A stretch of 64,000 bases of DNA from Hydrolagus affinis (Eukaryota), in NCBI GenBank assembly GCA_012026655.1, contig JAAILG010001242.1:1-64000 (forward strand), written 5' to 3'. Position numbers and translations under genes: made by a program. Within the stretch, counting starts at the first letter, position 1; each line of letters opens with the position of its first letter. This document shows, piece after piece, positions 49,904 through 62,844 of the stretch. The notes beneath the pieces are model-generated. The model had not been told where the DNA came from and ran no database searches. It saw nothing but the letters and a program-made list of their open reading frames with translations.

Positions 49904-52442
49904 AGTCAAGAAATGGGACTGGGACAGCCATCTCTGGAAACCACTGCGAATATTTCAGGAGGGCCTCCTTTCTCTGCATCCATTTCCCATCAAGGAGGGG
50001 ACGTTGAACAACACCAGCAAATTCAACCAAATGCCTATCCAAGCACAGAATCTCTGGCCACTGTCCAGAAACAACAGGACATTTCTCAGACTTGTGCATT
50101 TCAATCCACAAATTCTACCAGTCAGCTTCAGAACAATGAAGCTTTACTTCAGCAACCAGCGCAGTTTCACAAAACTGGCATTTTGTTGGATTCAAACGAA
50201 GTGCAACCGAGAGACATTTTGCAGTCTGGTGAAACTATGGTGTCATTGTCTCGGTTGTCTCAGCCTGGCCTGCAGCAGCATCAACAGCAGCAACAACAAC
50301 AACAACAACAACAGCAGCAACAACAACACCAGTCACAGGCACTGCAGGAGCATTCTTCTAACATATTTCAAACCAGCAGTAATGTTTCACAGTTGCAAAA
50401 TGCAATGCAATCTCTGCAACCGGGAAACTTTCAAACCAACAGTAACAGTGGGAGGAGTGATAACGTTAGTCTTGTTCAACAGGCTTTGGAGGCTGCTCAG
50501 CAGCAATTGTCCGCAGTTTTATTTACTGGCCCACCCGACACCATGCAACAGTCTGTGGAACAGGTGCAAGAGCAAATTAATGCGGAGATGTTCCAACAAG
50601 TAAATAATATGCAGAGTAACATGGCTCAAGGTTTATTCTCGACTTCAGACAGCTCATCCCTCTCCAGATCTGACAATGTTCTCTCTGGGCATGAAAGTTC
50701 ACTGTCAAATCAGCAACATCAAGTGTTAGAATCTTCCCCCGGTATGGTGATGGCAATGCAACAGAACATTTGCGCCAGGACTGGGCAGCTACAATCGGAT
50801 TTGTACCAGTCGTCAAAAGTAATAAATGTCCAAGGGTCTTTGAATGGAGGCCTTCAACAATCTGATGTTTTTCAGCAACCTTCTCATGTCATGTCTGGCC
50901 TGCAGGCCACTGATGCAAACCAACATCAGATGTCGCACGGCGGACTGTTTTCACCGACTGCAAACGTCGGAGGAAATGAGAACATGGGGAATTCTCAGCA
51001 ACAAACTGCTTCCTCAAGTCTCTTTCAGTCTTCAAACCCCATGGTCTCCGTTGAAGAAGCGGCAGCCCAGTCAAAGCAAAAACAAAACAATGTGTTCCAG
51101 TCTATCGTACAAATGAAACATGGCGGAGACAATCAACCTCAAGTCAATTTGTTTTCGACGACAAATGGAATCATGCACGGAATTAAAGCTGGTGGACCAT
51201 CACAGCAAACTGGACTTTTTCAGCAGAGTGGAGAGATGATGTCCATTCAACAAGGAAACTTCTTGCAGCAGTCTGCGCACTCTGCTCACCCGTCATCTGA
51301 ATTGTTCCATCCCCAAAACCCCATTAATCAAGCTCAGAATACCCAAGAACCACAGTCTGGCCTTTTTCATTGCCAGAACACTGTCCTCCAGCATCAGAAC
51401 CCTGCCGCTTCTCAGGAGCAAGTACAGTCAGCGATGTTTCATTCTCAAAACTCAATGGCAGTCCTTCAGAACTCATCACATCCCCAAGATCAGCAGCAAG
51501 CCAATCTTTTCCTCCCTCAAAACTCCTTGTCTTCGCTTCAGAATAGTAACATGTCACAAGAAAAGCAACAGATCAGCTATTATTCTCCGCAAGGTTCAAT
51601 GCCTACACTCCAGAGCTCAGCATCTCCTGAGCAACAATCTGTGAATGTCTTTCAGCCCCAGTCGCAATTGTCTTGCATACAAAACACCATGATTTCTCAA
51701 GAGCAGCAGCAGCAGAGTCATTTTCAACACCAGGTCACTTTATCGTCGTCACAGGCTAACCCTTCTCCCCCAAACCAGCAAGGATCACTTTTCCAGACCC
51801 AACACTCACTAGTTACACTTCAGAACAGCGCACTGTCCCAAGACCAACAACAGAATGTTCTGTTTAATTCCCAGAACACCATTTCCCCGATAAACAACAG
51901 CATGACTTCCCAGGAGCAACAACACAACATCCTTTTCAACTCTCAGAATGGCATGGCTTCAATGAATACAAACATGGCTTCCCAAGAGCAGCAGAACCAA
52001 ACTCTTTTCCACACTCAGGCCAATATGGTGTCGGTCAATCAGGAGCAACAGTCGTCCATGCAGTTCCAAAATCAGGCCACGGTTTCTTCACTCGCCAACA
52101 GTGGGACGTCTCAAGCAGACCAGCAGCAGTCAGCGGTTTTTCACAACCAACCCCAAATGCAGTTAGTTCAAAATTCAGGTGGCTCTGAAGACCAACAGGT
52201 CACATTGTTCATTTCCCAGGCGTCAATGTCTGCGTTGCAGAGCAATATGAATCAGCAGGAGCTTCAGCAATCCAACATTTATAATTCTCAAAATAACATG
52301 CCTGTTCTTCAGGCCAACACTGCGGCACCAGGTCAGCAGCAAAACACACTGTTTCACCCACAAAGTGCTATGAATCAGCTGCAGAACCCACCGCCACCAT
52401 CTCAACAGCCGCCTGACTTATTCCTCTTTGGAATTCAAAATG
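49904..52442 (+). CDS. NFAT5: NFAT5 large coding exon: glutamine-rich transactivation / prion-like domain (846 codons)
   Basis: AAG acceptor after a T-rich tract, G|GTAAGC donor, 2539 nt open frame; motifs such as GDNQPQVNLFS and FLFGIQN match NFAT5. Confidence 0.96.
50282..50326 (+). repeat. Coding CAA/CAG repeat, 15 consecutive Gln
   Basis: CAA CAG CAG (CAA)7 CAG CAG (CAA)3 between two His codons. Confidence 0.95.
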
Positions 52443-53713
52443 GTAAGCAATAATAAAGGACATAGAATTTGTTGATATGCTTAATGGTGTCGGGTTGGTG
52501 CTTCTGAACAGTACCCATTGAATCACATATTTGGTACGAAAGCCAGCTGTAAAGGATCAGGCTGAAATTAATTAGTGTACTCTCAACACAGTTTCCAATT
52601 AGATACAACTGCACAGCAAACAACTAGTTTCGCAGAATCAATAAAGTCACAAGCATCGGTGGTAACGTGGGAGTTGGAAATGTCAATGAGCAGAGTAAGA
52701 AGTGCTCGTCTAAAGTCTGAATTGAGGGCCGTATTTAAAATAAGCTACGCAATTTTGAGTACCTCAATGCGATGTGTATGTCTGTACATAAAAGAGGCAG
52801 TAGAAGAAGTTTAAAAAAGAATATTTATAGCACTTGGATTGTTAATTGAAGAAAATATACTGAGAGTGGGCAGCTTTTTAAATTGTCAACAACACCAGAT
52901 AACTCAAAACAGGTTTACATTACAGTAAACAGTATCCTGGTTTACAATCATCGTTTGATTCAATACAGAATCAGGTTAGACTGGGATAATTGTGAATTAT
53001 GGTCTAGTAAAAAAAACAGCACTGCTAGTTGAAGTTAAAATGTTTTGCAGTATATTCCTGACCTTTCAGCAACTATTTTTGTTATCTCTGGTTTGTTATC
53101 TCTGCTTTGCGAGAAGCATAGTTAAAATGATCTGTGACCCTTTAATTCATGCAACTGATAATAAGTGGATCCGCTTTAAATGGAGCAACAAAACTAAGAG
53201 AATCTAATTTATTTTGGGGTCACATACTCATGTTTATATTCAAATTAACCGTTTTTTGTAATCAAAGTATCCCTTTCCCAGTAAACGATATTGTTGGAAA
53301 AAAAAGCCAGGATTACAGACATTTCCTTCTCAGTGGGAAAAAATTTAATTTCGTCAAAATCATCACTCTTTTTAAAAGGAATTCTTGCTGGATTCTAATG
53401 GGAAACTCACCCCTGGAGTCCAGTGTGGAATAGAAAGGTTTAGCCAAATTGTGGCCTTGGTTTGTTGAAGCAGACCACACAAGTTATGGCTTTAATGATT
53501 TCTTCTTCAGATAGTAGAAGATTATGTTGGATGTAATTTATACAAGGATGAACTGACTGCCAAAAGCAATAAATATGAATATTTGTTAAATATCTGGTTT
53601 CTTTTAGATCTCAATCAGCAATTTCTATATTGAGACATATACCATACTGTTGGAAATGTATTAAAAACTAACCTTAATTACCAAAAAAATCTTCAAATTC
53701 TTATTTCATACAG

Positions 53714-53976
53714 ATTGTGGACGATTAATGAGTTTGAACGATGTATCGCGGTCATGTTCTTCTGGACAATCTACCTTATCTGATCAACTGCTAGCAATAA
53801 GCCAGTCTGGCCAGGCACAGAATGAAGGTCAAGCAGTCTCTTCGCTCCTTCCACAGCAATTGACTGACACGAGGCAGCTATCATCCAACATTACCGCAGA
53901 ACAGAACGTGGAAAAGATTGACGACATCCTTGTCACTTTACAGAACCAAGGAAATAACATCAACAGGTCATTTTAA
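53714..53976 (+). CDS. NFAT5: NFAT5 last coding exon (DCGRLMSLNDV...EKIDDILVTLQNQGNNINRSF*)
   Basis: CAG acceptor, phase 1; TAA at 53974-53976; matches the recalled NFAT5 C-terminus LQNQGNNLTGSF. Confidence 0.95.
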
Positions 53977-56900
53977 TCCCGAGGTAAAATTAAATGGAAT
54001 GGATTACAAGCTGCCTTATTTTACCTATTCAAGGTGCACTATACATAGTCTAGTCTAACAATTGCACCCCAGTCCATACAGATCAAACTATTACATTGCA
54101 ATAGTACAGTTAATTAAAAATAGTTTTAAACCATAAGAAATTAAGTATATATATTATATAAATCCTGTTTTATACATATAAAATATGTATATAAAACCTG
54201 GTTTATACATTTATCACTTGTAATTCACAGAATAATTTATATCTCTGCTTCCAGGGATATCAATTATTCTATGAATTACAAGTGATTAAAAGTATCATTT
54301 CTGAATCTTGAAGGAATTACATGAATCTTTAAAAAAAAATGTTCATTTTAGCGAGTCTTAATGACCATAATCCCTTATGGAACTGATAGTGATCTGTTCT
54401 TAAACATAACATTTTTTTATTTTTAGAGTGTTCATATAGCACAAAGAAGAATGAAGAACCTTCGCACCTTGTGAAACTGGAACACCCGTCAATCAGGCGA
54501 GACAACTGATTACATTGCTGTACCATGAAGAGAAAGTCTATGTTAAAGTCGCTAAAAAGATATTGTTAATATCCATTTCAGTTTTTAAGCAAGTCCTTGT
54601 TTGCTACTTGTAAATTGCCATATTTCAGAAAGCTTAAGATTTTTTATGTTCATTATCATTGAACAAATGTAATTTTTTTCTAAAATAACTTGTTATATTT
54701 CAATTTGCATTCCACCATAGAAAGCGAGTCATGACAAGATTTCAACCGTTTTATCCATTGGGTTATTTGCCAGCCATGCAAATCATGCAGCCTTAAAAGA
54801 CTGTGTATTCTTCATCATAGCATCAGATAACAACAACTTGCATTTACATTGCGCCCTTCATGGGCGGAAGCATCTCGGACCACTTGACAGATAAGCAGAT
54901 CCAAAAGCCTTCTCACTAGGGGAGGGGGTGAAGTAATACCTTCACAGGCAACTTAATGGACACTAATAGACTAATACATTGTGCTCCATGCCTTTATACC
55001 TTTCTAGTTTGTTAGCAAAACTCTAGGAACTACCTAAATATACACAGAATTAATGTAGATATCACATTTTTAGAATATTGCTTAAAAATCATACCATTAT
55101 CAGTCAGTACAAACGTATGAGGAAAAGATTATTTACCTGTTGTACTCAAACCAGCCAAAAACCAGCAAAACCCTCACCCAATGGTGATGTTAGAGTAAAA
55201 TGCCAGTTAACACTGGTTTATCCTGGGATCCCAGCATTCTACTGTTACACATACTGAGGACACAATAGACGTGTATTTTGCTTTGCCTAGTACTGGTTGT
55301 CAAAATGGCTTTCATATTTTCTTCTATCATTTTTTAATCATGGACTGCAATCATGCTGCATTCATAAAATGTCATACCAGCTATACAGCAACCTTTTCAC
55401 TCCAATTATCTGGAAATGCATGCAGAAATGTGTAGGGTATGTTTTGTAATCATAGGGGGAAGTGGGTGACAAGTCTGGAAACAATATTCTGTCGACGAGT
55501 GTGGAGAATTGCAGAAACAAAAAGCCCCACTATGAACTTTACGTATTTCGAAAAACACGACTGTGCCCCGACACTTAACACTAAGGAATGAACATTTTTC
55601 AATTGAGCCTAAATCATACAGTACAAGTACAGTAATTGTTATTATTGAAAATTACTTGGGTCCAAAGTGGAACTCGTTGATTGAAAGGAGAAAACTTGAT
55701 TTTTATAGCATCTTGTCATATTACTGTGTCAAATCACAAGTAATTACTGTCAAATGTCGTGACTTTTGCTCCATCAGGACACCCCCCCCTCCCTCCCCCC
55801 CCAAAAAAAAATGATGAATTAATCTAGAAGATTATTTCCCAGTAGAGATTTCTGATTTTTGTATAGTGCTATGGGATGTTCAAGCATTTTAATAGATCAT
55901 GGCAGATCTTTTAATCTCATTTTCCTTTTATTTTACATATTCTTTAATACTCTACTTCCCAACTATCTCTGTTTTCAGAGGACTAATGTTTAATGATCAT
56001 CTGAAAATAAGCAGATGGGAGCTCAGTTTAATGTCTGATGCAAACAACTGCAACTCTGACAATGCAGCACTTCCCCAGTACTGCACTGGAGTGTCAGTCA
56101 GGACAAACATATCCATCTATCTTAAAAGCAGAAATGAATGTAAAACAATTCCTGAGGCCTGTATATTAACCAAAAAATGGCCTTGCTTTTCATTTTTATT
56201 TTGCTGCACTCTATTAGCACATCTACTGGGATGAGATGTATTTAAAATCGTTATTCTTCCTTTGGAAAGACGATGTTTTTGGAAGAAATCTTGGCGAGTA
56301 CTTTAAACTTGGAATTTCCAGCACTTTATTCAGCTAATATTGTGATCAGTGATTCCCATTAATGTGTTATGTGATTTTTTTTTCTGTCAAACTGTCCACA
56401 GCACTTCTGAAAGTATTTATGTTTTTAAAGAAGTCATTTAATTGTATGATTTTTTTTCTTTCTGTTTACTGTAAATATTTAAACTATTTTCTTACTGTGC
56501 ACGTTTTGAAACACGCAAAACTTTTAAGCAGCCACTTCTAAGAGACACTGAAGTGTTTTTGGTGGTACAAGCTTTAGTCATATGAAGGGAACTTCAGCTG
56601 CCGACCAGCTTTTAGGTCAGTCATTTTAAATACAGAATTTTTATTGTTCAAATTTGGATGGTTTATATCTAATGTGTGTTTCATTTTTGGAAAGTTACAT
56701 TTTATATATATAATATATATGAAATGATATAATATTTTGTTATTTGTACTAAGTGAGTACAATCAAATTATAAATCTTTTACCACATGGTTTTGTGGTAG
56801 CTTTGTGAGACTTTGTTAATGTTAGCACCTAGTGGCACTTTTGCTACCATGTTTTGAGTGTGTTTAAATACTTATTTTGAATGAAAATCAAATATTTATG

Positions 56901-59900
56901 GGGCATTCTGTGAAGTAGTACAGCTAAGTATCTTTTGGAAATGTTTGCATTACAATCAATATAATTGCATAACAATGGAGTCTGATTTGGATGTTTGTTT
57001 GTGAACTGGAATCGTTGCATCAATTGCAACTTTCATTTTACAACAGTTGGTGGCGAAATTTGAAGCCAATGAATCCCCAATCTTAAATCAGTAATGTCTT
57101 CACGAAGGCCAGCGAGCAACACACTGAGAAACAGCCGGCTGCTGTGCTCATTGACCTTTGTTCAGACTTTGTCAGCTTCGGGTTTGTGATGTTCCAGCCA
57201 CAAATGTTGTTACCTGTAAATAGCGAATACCAAAACTAATCCAGTTTATGAATATTCAGTCTCGGTGAATGAGAGGATTGCTTGTGCTTATTGATGGCAT
57301 TCAATGCACAGGGTCCTATTTATGCTGAGACAATGCTGACTCTTTAAAATACACGTCGATGAGTTAAAACATGGATAAATAGATGGCATTTAAGTTCATT
57401 ATTGCACTAGATTGTGTTTTGGTGTATAATGATTCCATTATTGCTGTGGTGGTCCTGACTTCAGCCTCGATGCAAAGTAATGAAACGCCATCTGTGGTCT
57501 GTAATACTGTTTTCATTCATTTGGAGTTCTACATGATGGCTACCTGGAATTCTACTTATATTTTTCAATATCCAGTACAGTTCATATTGATTATAGTGAG
57601 GATTCTCATGTAGTTAAGAACTTCTTGAATTCTTATACACAAATCAAATTTGAATGTACACTTATGTACAAAATGTAAATCAAATCGAATTTAATTATAT
57701 TTGAGATGAATATATTTAACTTAACAGTAGAATGAGGAAACAACTCCTTTCTATCCATTATATATATTTTTTCTTGAGTCAATAAAGCTTTGACAAGATT
57801 GGATGTTTAGAATTGGTTTATTTTTCCGACCCCTGACTGTTCAGCGCCTTGTGAGACGCCCTCCCGACGTGAAAGGCGCTCTATAAATGTCATTTTGTTG
57901 TTATTTTTGGAGAAAAAGAAGTGCGCCCTTTTCCTAAAATGTGAGTGTTGTTCTTTTGTATTTTGAATCCTGTATATGTGATCTAATTAATGATGCTCTA
58001 GTAATGGAGACTCTTATTAGTGAAAAGGTTTACTAAAGAAAAACTGCACTAAGCGTTTTGCTCTGAGTTGCTGCCCGACTGCTCCAATGCACGTTCTTGA
58101 CTTTGCCACAAAAGTATTCGGTTCCCCTCCCTCCCACAGGAATAGTGTATGGTATTTTCAACAATGCTTCTTTCTAATTGTTAGAGCAGTGCAGCCATCA
58201 GATGCGTTTGAGCAGGCCGCAGTTTGGCTAATATTTGCATGTATGTAATCCCAATGAGTCGGAAAAGTGGAATGATCCTAACACTGGCATTTGTGGAAAT
58301 AAAATCTCCTACCTCCATGCTCGCTATGTCTTTGGTAACCTGACTACCCTCTTCAGTGATTGAAGAGGTGCACAACTGCTCCCAGCCTCTCTTCAGATAT
58401 ATCTGTCAGCAGGTTCGCAGTAGTACTTATTCGCCTGTAATTGAAACTGTAAGAATTGCTCTTGTGCCTGTACATTGACTGATGATGAATTTAGAAAGAT
58501 GCCCCAAAAATCTTGAAGAATCCATGCGTGTGCTTACACCTGTTGAGGAAATCAATAGTATCCAGTGCCAAAATATCGTATTTTTTTAATGCAACTTTGG
58601 TAAAAACTGCACAAAAATTGTTTGAATTATGAGACCATCTGAGCATTACTAATAGAAAATTCTATAATACTGTAGCTGTTAAATGCTTATTTTGATTCAT
58701 AAAATAGATGGCAGGTCATCCACCACTGTGCTCATGAGTTGGTCATGCCCCCAAAGTATATTTCCCTACTTAGAATAGTTATCATGGGATGCTTTCTTTA
58801 TTTAACTGTATGTTCATTGATTACTGCTGATATTGTATACTAGTGAATGATCAGGATGGTTCAGTTGAAAAGCATGAACAATCTAGCCAGTATTGATACG
58901 ATTTTGCTTCAGTGAGTCTTTGTGCACTGTTCGTCAAAATTCACTGTATAAATGCAAGATACACTTAGTATTTTATGCTCAGTTTTATAGAAATTAAATA
59001 GAAATTCTTGATGATCCAGTATATAAGACATTGCCCGGTGTAGAAACAAACCATTTACAGTACTGTAAATAGATTGTAGGTTCAGTCTCTGATAAATTGG
59101 TGAATGTAACATGGAGCAAGAGATGGGATTGGGCTTGAAAGTTCTTGCCAATTGCTGACTGTCTCACATAGGTTGGTTATAGAACTTCAAAAATTGCCAT
59201 CAGTACTGCAAACAGTCATGAAGAAACAATTTGTGCACAGTATCAGTATTTCCCCATATTTTGGCAGAATTAACCAAAGTCAAGACTTGGGCTTGAGTGC
59301 CAGACAACCTTGAATTCAAACGTCCCACGCTGTGGTCAGGAATCAACCTGCCCTTTCCTTTCTGTGTTATTTTAAACTATTAACATAGTTCTTCTCACAA
59401 AAGTAATTGATATTTCGGGGCAGGAAAATGTATCTGCTCTCAGCGGAAAGAAAAATACAATATGTTAAATTAATAATTCAAACTCCCTTCATTATATATT
59501 ATCTACATGAAAGATTAGAAAGAGTATCGATGATGTTTGTATGCTTTAATGATTTATAGTTTTACATTGTTTAAGTGCAGGGTGACATACATATTGAGTG
59601 TTTCAAAAGTGGTTTACACTGTGGTGACATAGTCAATGAAGCTTTGACATTCTGGATGAGCAGAGCAGCATTACCCAGCCTTAAGTGGTAATTCCATGTG
59701 TAATGTGTAAGCGTGGAAAGACTAGAAGAGACATACTAGACGTGTATATATATTTAGAATTTATGACTTGAGAATTGATTCAGCAGCAGGTGAGATAAGG
59801 GCAGTAAGATTACCTGTGCTCACAGTAGTTTTCATTGATTTCCCATGAACTCATCCGATGGTTCATTTTTCTTAAACTGCCCCTACCATTAAATATCCTC

Positions 59901-62297
59901 TGTACATTTCTCATTGATATTTAATATTTTTATAATGCAAAGTCTTATTTGCCATCTCACAAATACTATTCCAAATGGATGAAAACAGTATGCATTCATT
60001 TTTGTATGTACAGCGATAGATGTAATCGAAATGCCTCATTAATGTTTGATTTCATTTCAGAATGTTAAAGGGATGGCTCAGTGGTTATTTGTGTTTTTAA
60101 GATGTTTGTTTCACAGTTCTTAATTAACTGAAGGAAAGGTATCTCAGTACATGTGAAATCGAATTGTGTATAAATGGAGCAGAAGAAAAGACGCAAGAAT
60201 GGTTTCTACTTGTGATATTCCGCAAGAAATTTAGAATAAAGATATTTATGCAATATAAGCTGCAAAGTTTTACATTCAAATGTGTTGTTTTAGCCTTTAT
60301 TATGCATCAATTAAAGACGATCAGCAGGCACACAATATGTCATTTGAAGCAATGACGGTTAGTCACCAATGGTGCAGTGGATGGAGCTGCGGTTTCCTGA
60401 CCAGAAGCTCAATGGTCACTCTGCTGGTCTTGGCCAGAGCTGCATGGGGAAGCTACAGTGGGCCCTGGCCGTAACAGAGTGAAGAGAAGGAAAGCTATGT
60501 AGGATCTGATCCCTCTAACACAGCACCCTGACTAGTCACACCAGTCAGTGGGTGTGTGGCAGCCCAGTGAGGAGAGGTCAAGCTCAGATGTGCTGCCCTC
60601 GGCATTTGAGTGGCTGTCAACACCACCAAGGTTCACACACGAGCAGATACCGGAGGAATAGCACCCCATCACTCAGAGACTGGACACCAGCGACAGAAAC
60701 CTGTGCTAATGGGGAGAACATTAGAAAATCATTGGACATTTAAGGTAAAAAAAAATTTAAAAAAATTCTGTTGTTTGCCTAGCGATGTTAATATTTTGCT
60801 TTTTTTAAAACAGAAAACTAAAATCCTTTTATCTTCACTGTAAAGAAAATGAAATGTAGGGAGGGAAACAAAAAGCACACACATTCATATTTGCAGAGAA
60901 CATAACTGCCAGATCAAAGAGAAACTGTCCGAGGATTGCTGTTAAACAAAATTATTTTGTCTTTTCACTGCACAAGATTTTTTTTTTAAAAAAAGGGCTG
61001 CATTGCCTCCATAAATAGCGAGAAGATTGTATCAATTAATAAGAAAATAAATATCAGTTGTAGGTTGGTGCTGCTCTGCAGAATCACACATAAACCATGA
61101 ATAATGTGCGTTTTGGTATCAATGTTGCTTTACAATTCTCAAGTCGACCTCTAGTTTCCTGCATCAAATAATATCAAGTCATTTTTTTATAATTTGCAAA
61201 AAGAGCATTTATTAAAAAAAATTGCCAGATGTTTAGTGCTTCAGAGCAAGCAACTGGGTTACTCAATTTCTTATTTAATTTTAATTATTTTGTATGTAAT
61301 GCACCATACTCAAGATTCGCAGGCCAACTGATTGGGTGTCAAGCCTCTGAAATTGTGAATGGGAAACCAGCACCAAGCTATTTGTCCATCAAACCTCTCT
61401 CTGCACCTCCACTTGTCAGCAATTTGTTGATTTTAAATGATTAATGATGGAAATGTCATCCATTCTTTTCCTCTAGTTAGAGCCCAGTTACAAATACACA
61501 ATCACTATATTTTAATGACATGCTTCTGAGAGGTTTGAAGGACAGATAGCACTGGTATAATTGCAAAGACTAAAACTCAAACGGTCTCTGCGCTATTTGT
61601 AAGTTAGTACAGTAAAATAATACAGTACAGTGGAAGTTAGGTACAGTATTGAAGATTCCTCTCATTGTTTCAAAACGAAATTCCTTACTCTGCCATGTTG
61701 CTGAAATATAGAACGAACGATCTTTTTTAAAAAAAAAATATAAAGTGTTGACGCTTGTCATATTTTCACAAAGCATGATATTGAGATCATCCCAGATTTG
61801 AGGAATTTTTTGTTTGAAACCCAGGCTCGGCTGACATTTGTATCTTTGCTGCCCTGTTCCAAACAGTGATCTGCTGATTTCAGCTGACTTGTTCAGTGGA
61901 GCAGTGAATAGAAAATGACCAAGCTAACCAGAGTCGAAACAACATCATGTCAGCAAGGACTCTCCTCTCCAGCTCGGGCCAGAGTCTGTTTAAAGCCGGT
62001 TGCTAAGGACAGAGGTTGTGCAGATGCCTTTGGTCTTTTGCCATTACTCTAACGAGAGTTGAAGGCGTACGGCCAAGGAAAGAAAGTTAGGATAAGCACC
62101 ATTTTTTTTAAAAAAAAAGGAAAGGAAAGTGGCTAACATAAGCTGAGTTTAAAATTGGAAGAAATGATTAGTTTTGCACAATCTGAGCCTTCCTTAACCT
62201 CCTGCTGTGATGTGAAGACTGCGTTGGATTTTGTTACTGATCTGCTTCAGTAGCACTGTATAGTTTACTAAGAGCAATGACTTTGGGTGGTTTAGGG

Positions 62298-62586
62298 CAG
62301 TGGTTCTCAACCTTTTTCAGTAATGTACCCCTTGTTAATTTTCAACATTATCGTGTACTCCTAGCCAACCACATACACACACACACACACCCCGCCCCTC
62401 ATTCCACTTGCATTTTATGACCAAGCTTTTCTTATATAACAAAATAACTAGCGCATTCAAAACAAGGGGAATAACAATATACAATTTGGAAGGCTATAAA
62501 ACGCTAAATAAGAGAGCTAATTAAATCAATGTACCACCACCTGAACCCCCTGGAAGTGATTTTGTACCCGGGGTTGAGAACCACAG
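62298..62586. mobile_element. hAT (Charlie-like) MITE, 289 bp
   Basis: TIRs CAGTGGTTCTCAACC / GGTTGAGAACCACAG (1 mismatch); perfect 8-bp TSD GTTTAGGG at 62290-62297 and 62587-62594. Confidence 0.92.
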
Positions 62587-62736
62587 GTTTAGGGGACATT
62601 ATTTGTGTAGGTGTTTAAACTGTTCAGTAAAACTGTTGACTTTTTTTTAAAATTAAACAAAAAGGCTATTTTGCTTTCATTGGGGCATTTGTATATTTTG
62701 GCAATTATGTTTCTGTAAACTACTGCTATCTATACA

Positions 62737-62742
62737 AATAAA
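62737..62742 (+). promoter_or_regulatory. Candidate distal poly(A) signal of NFAT5
   Basis: AATAAA preceded by TGTA elements and followed by T-rich sequence. Confidence 0.55.
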
Positions 62743-62844
62743 AAGTTTAATGTTTTAAGTCTCAAGTTTTTATCTTCATGTGGAGTTAACATCTATGCGT
62801 AGGCTTGTCGAGAGTTCTGACAAAATTCTTCTGTAACATTGATC

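Larger units (their letters stand above)
54255..62765 (+). other. Probable terminal non-coding exon: ~8.5 kb NFAT5 3' UTR
   Basis: Donor GAG|GTAAAA at 53984 just after the stop; acceptor CTCTGCTTCCAG at 54254; AT-rich, poor in full SINEs; ends near AATAAA at 62737. Long 3' UTR is a known NFAT5 trait; boundaries inferred. Confidence 0.55.

Noticed and set aside
50004-52405. Alternative-frame and antisense ORFs overlapping the large NFAT5 exon
   Set aside because: Expected by-products of a long CAA/CAG-rich coding exon; no independent evidence.
54157-54206. Imperfect AT-rich palindrome in the last intron
   Set aside because: Mostly TA-rich low complexity, so self-complementarity is expected by chance.
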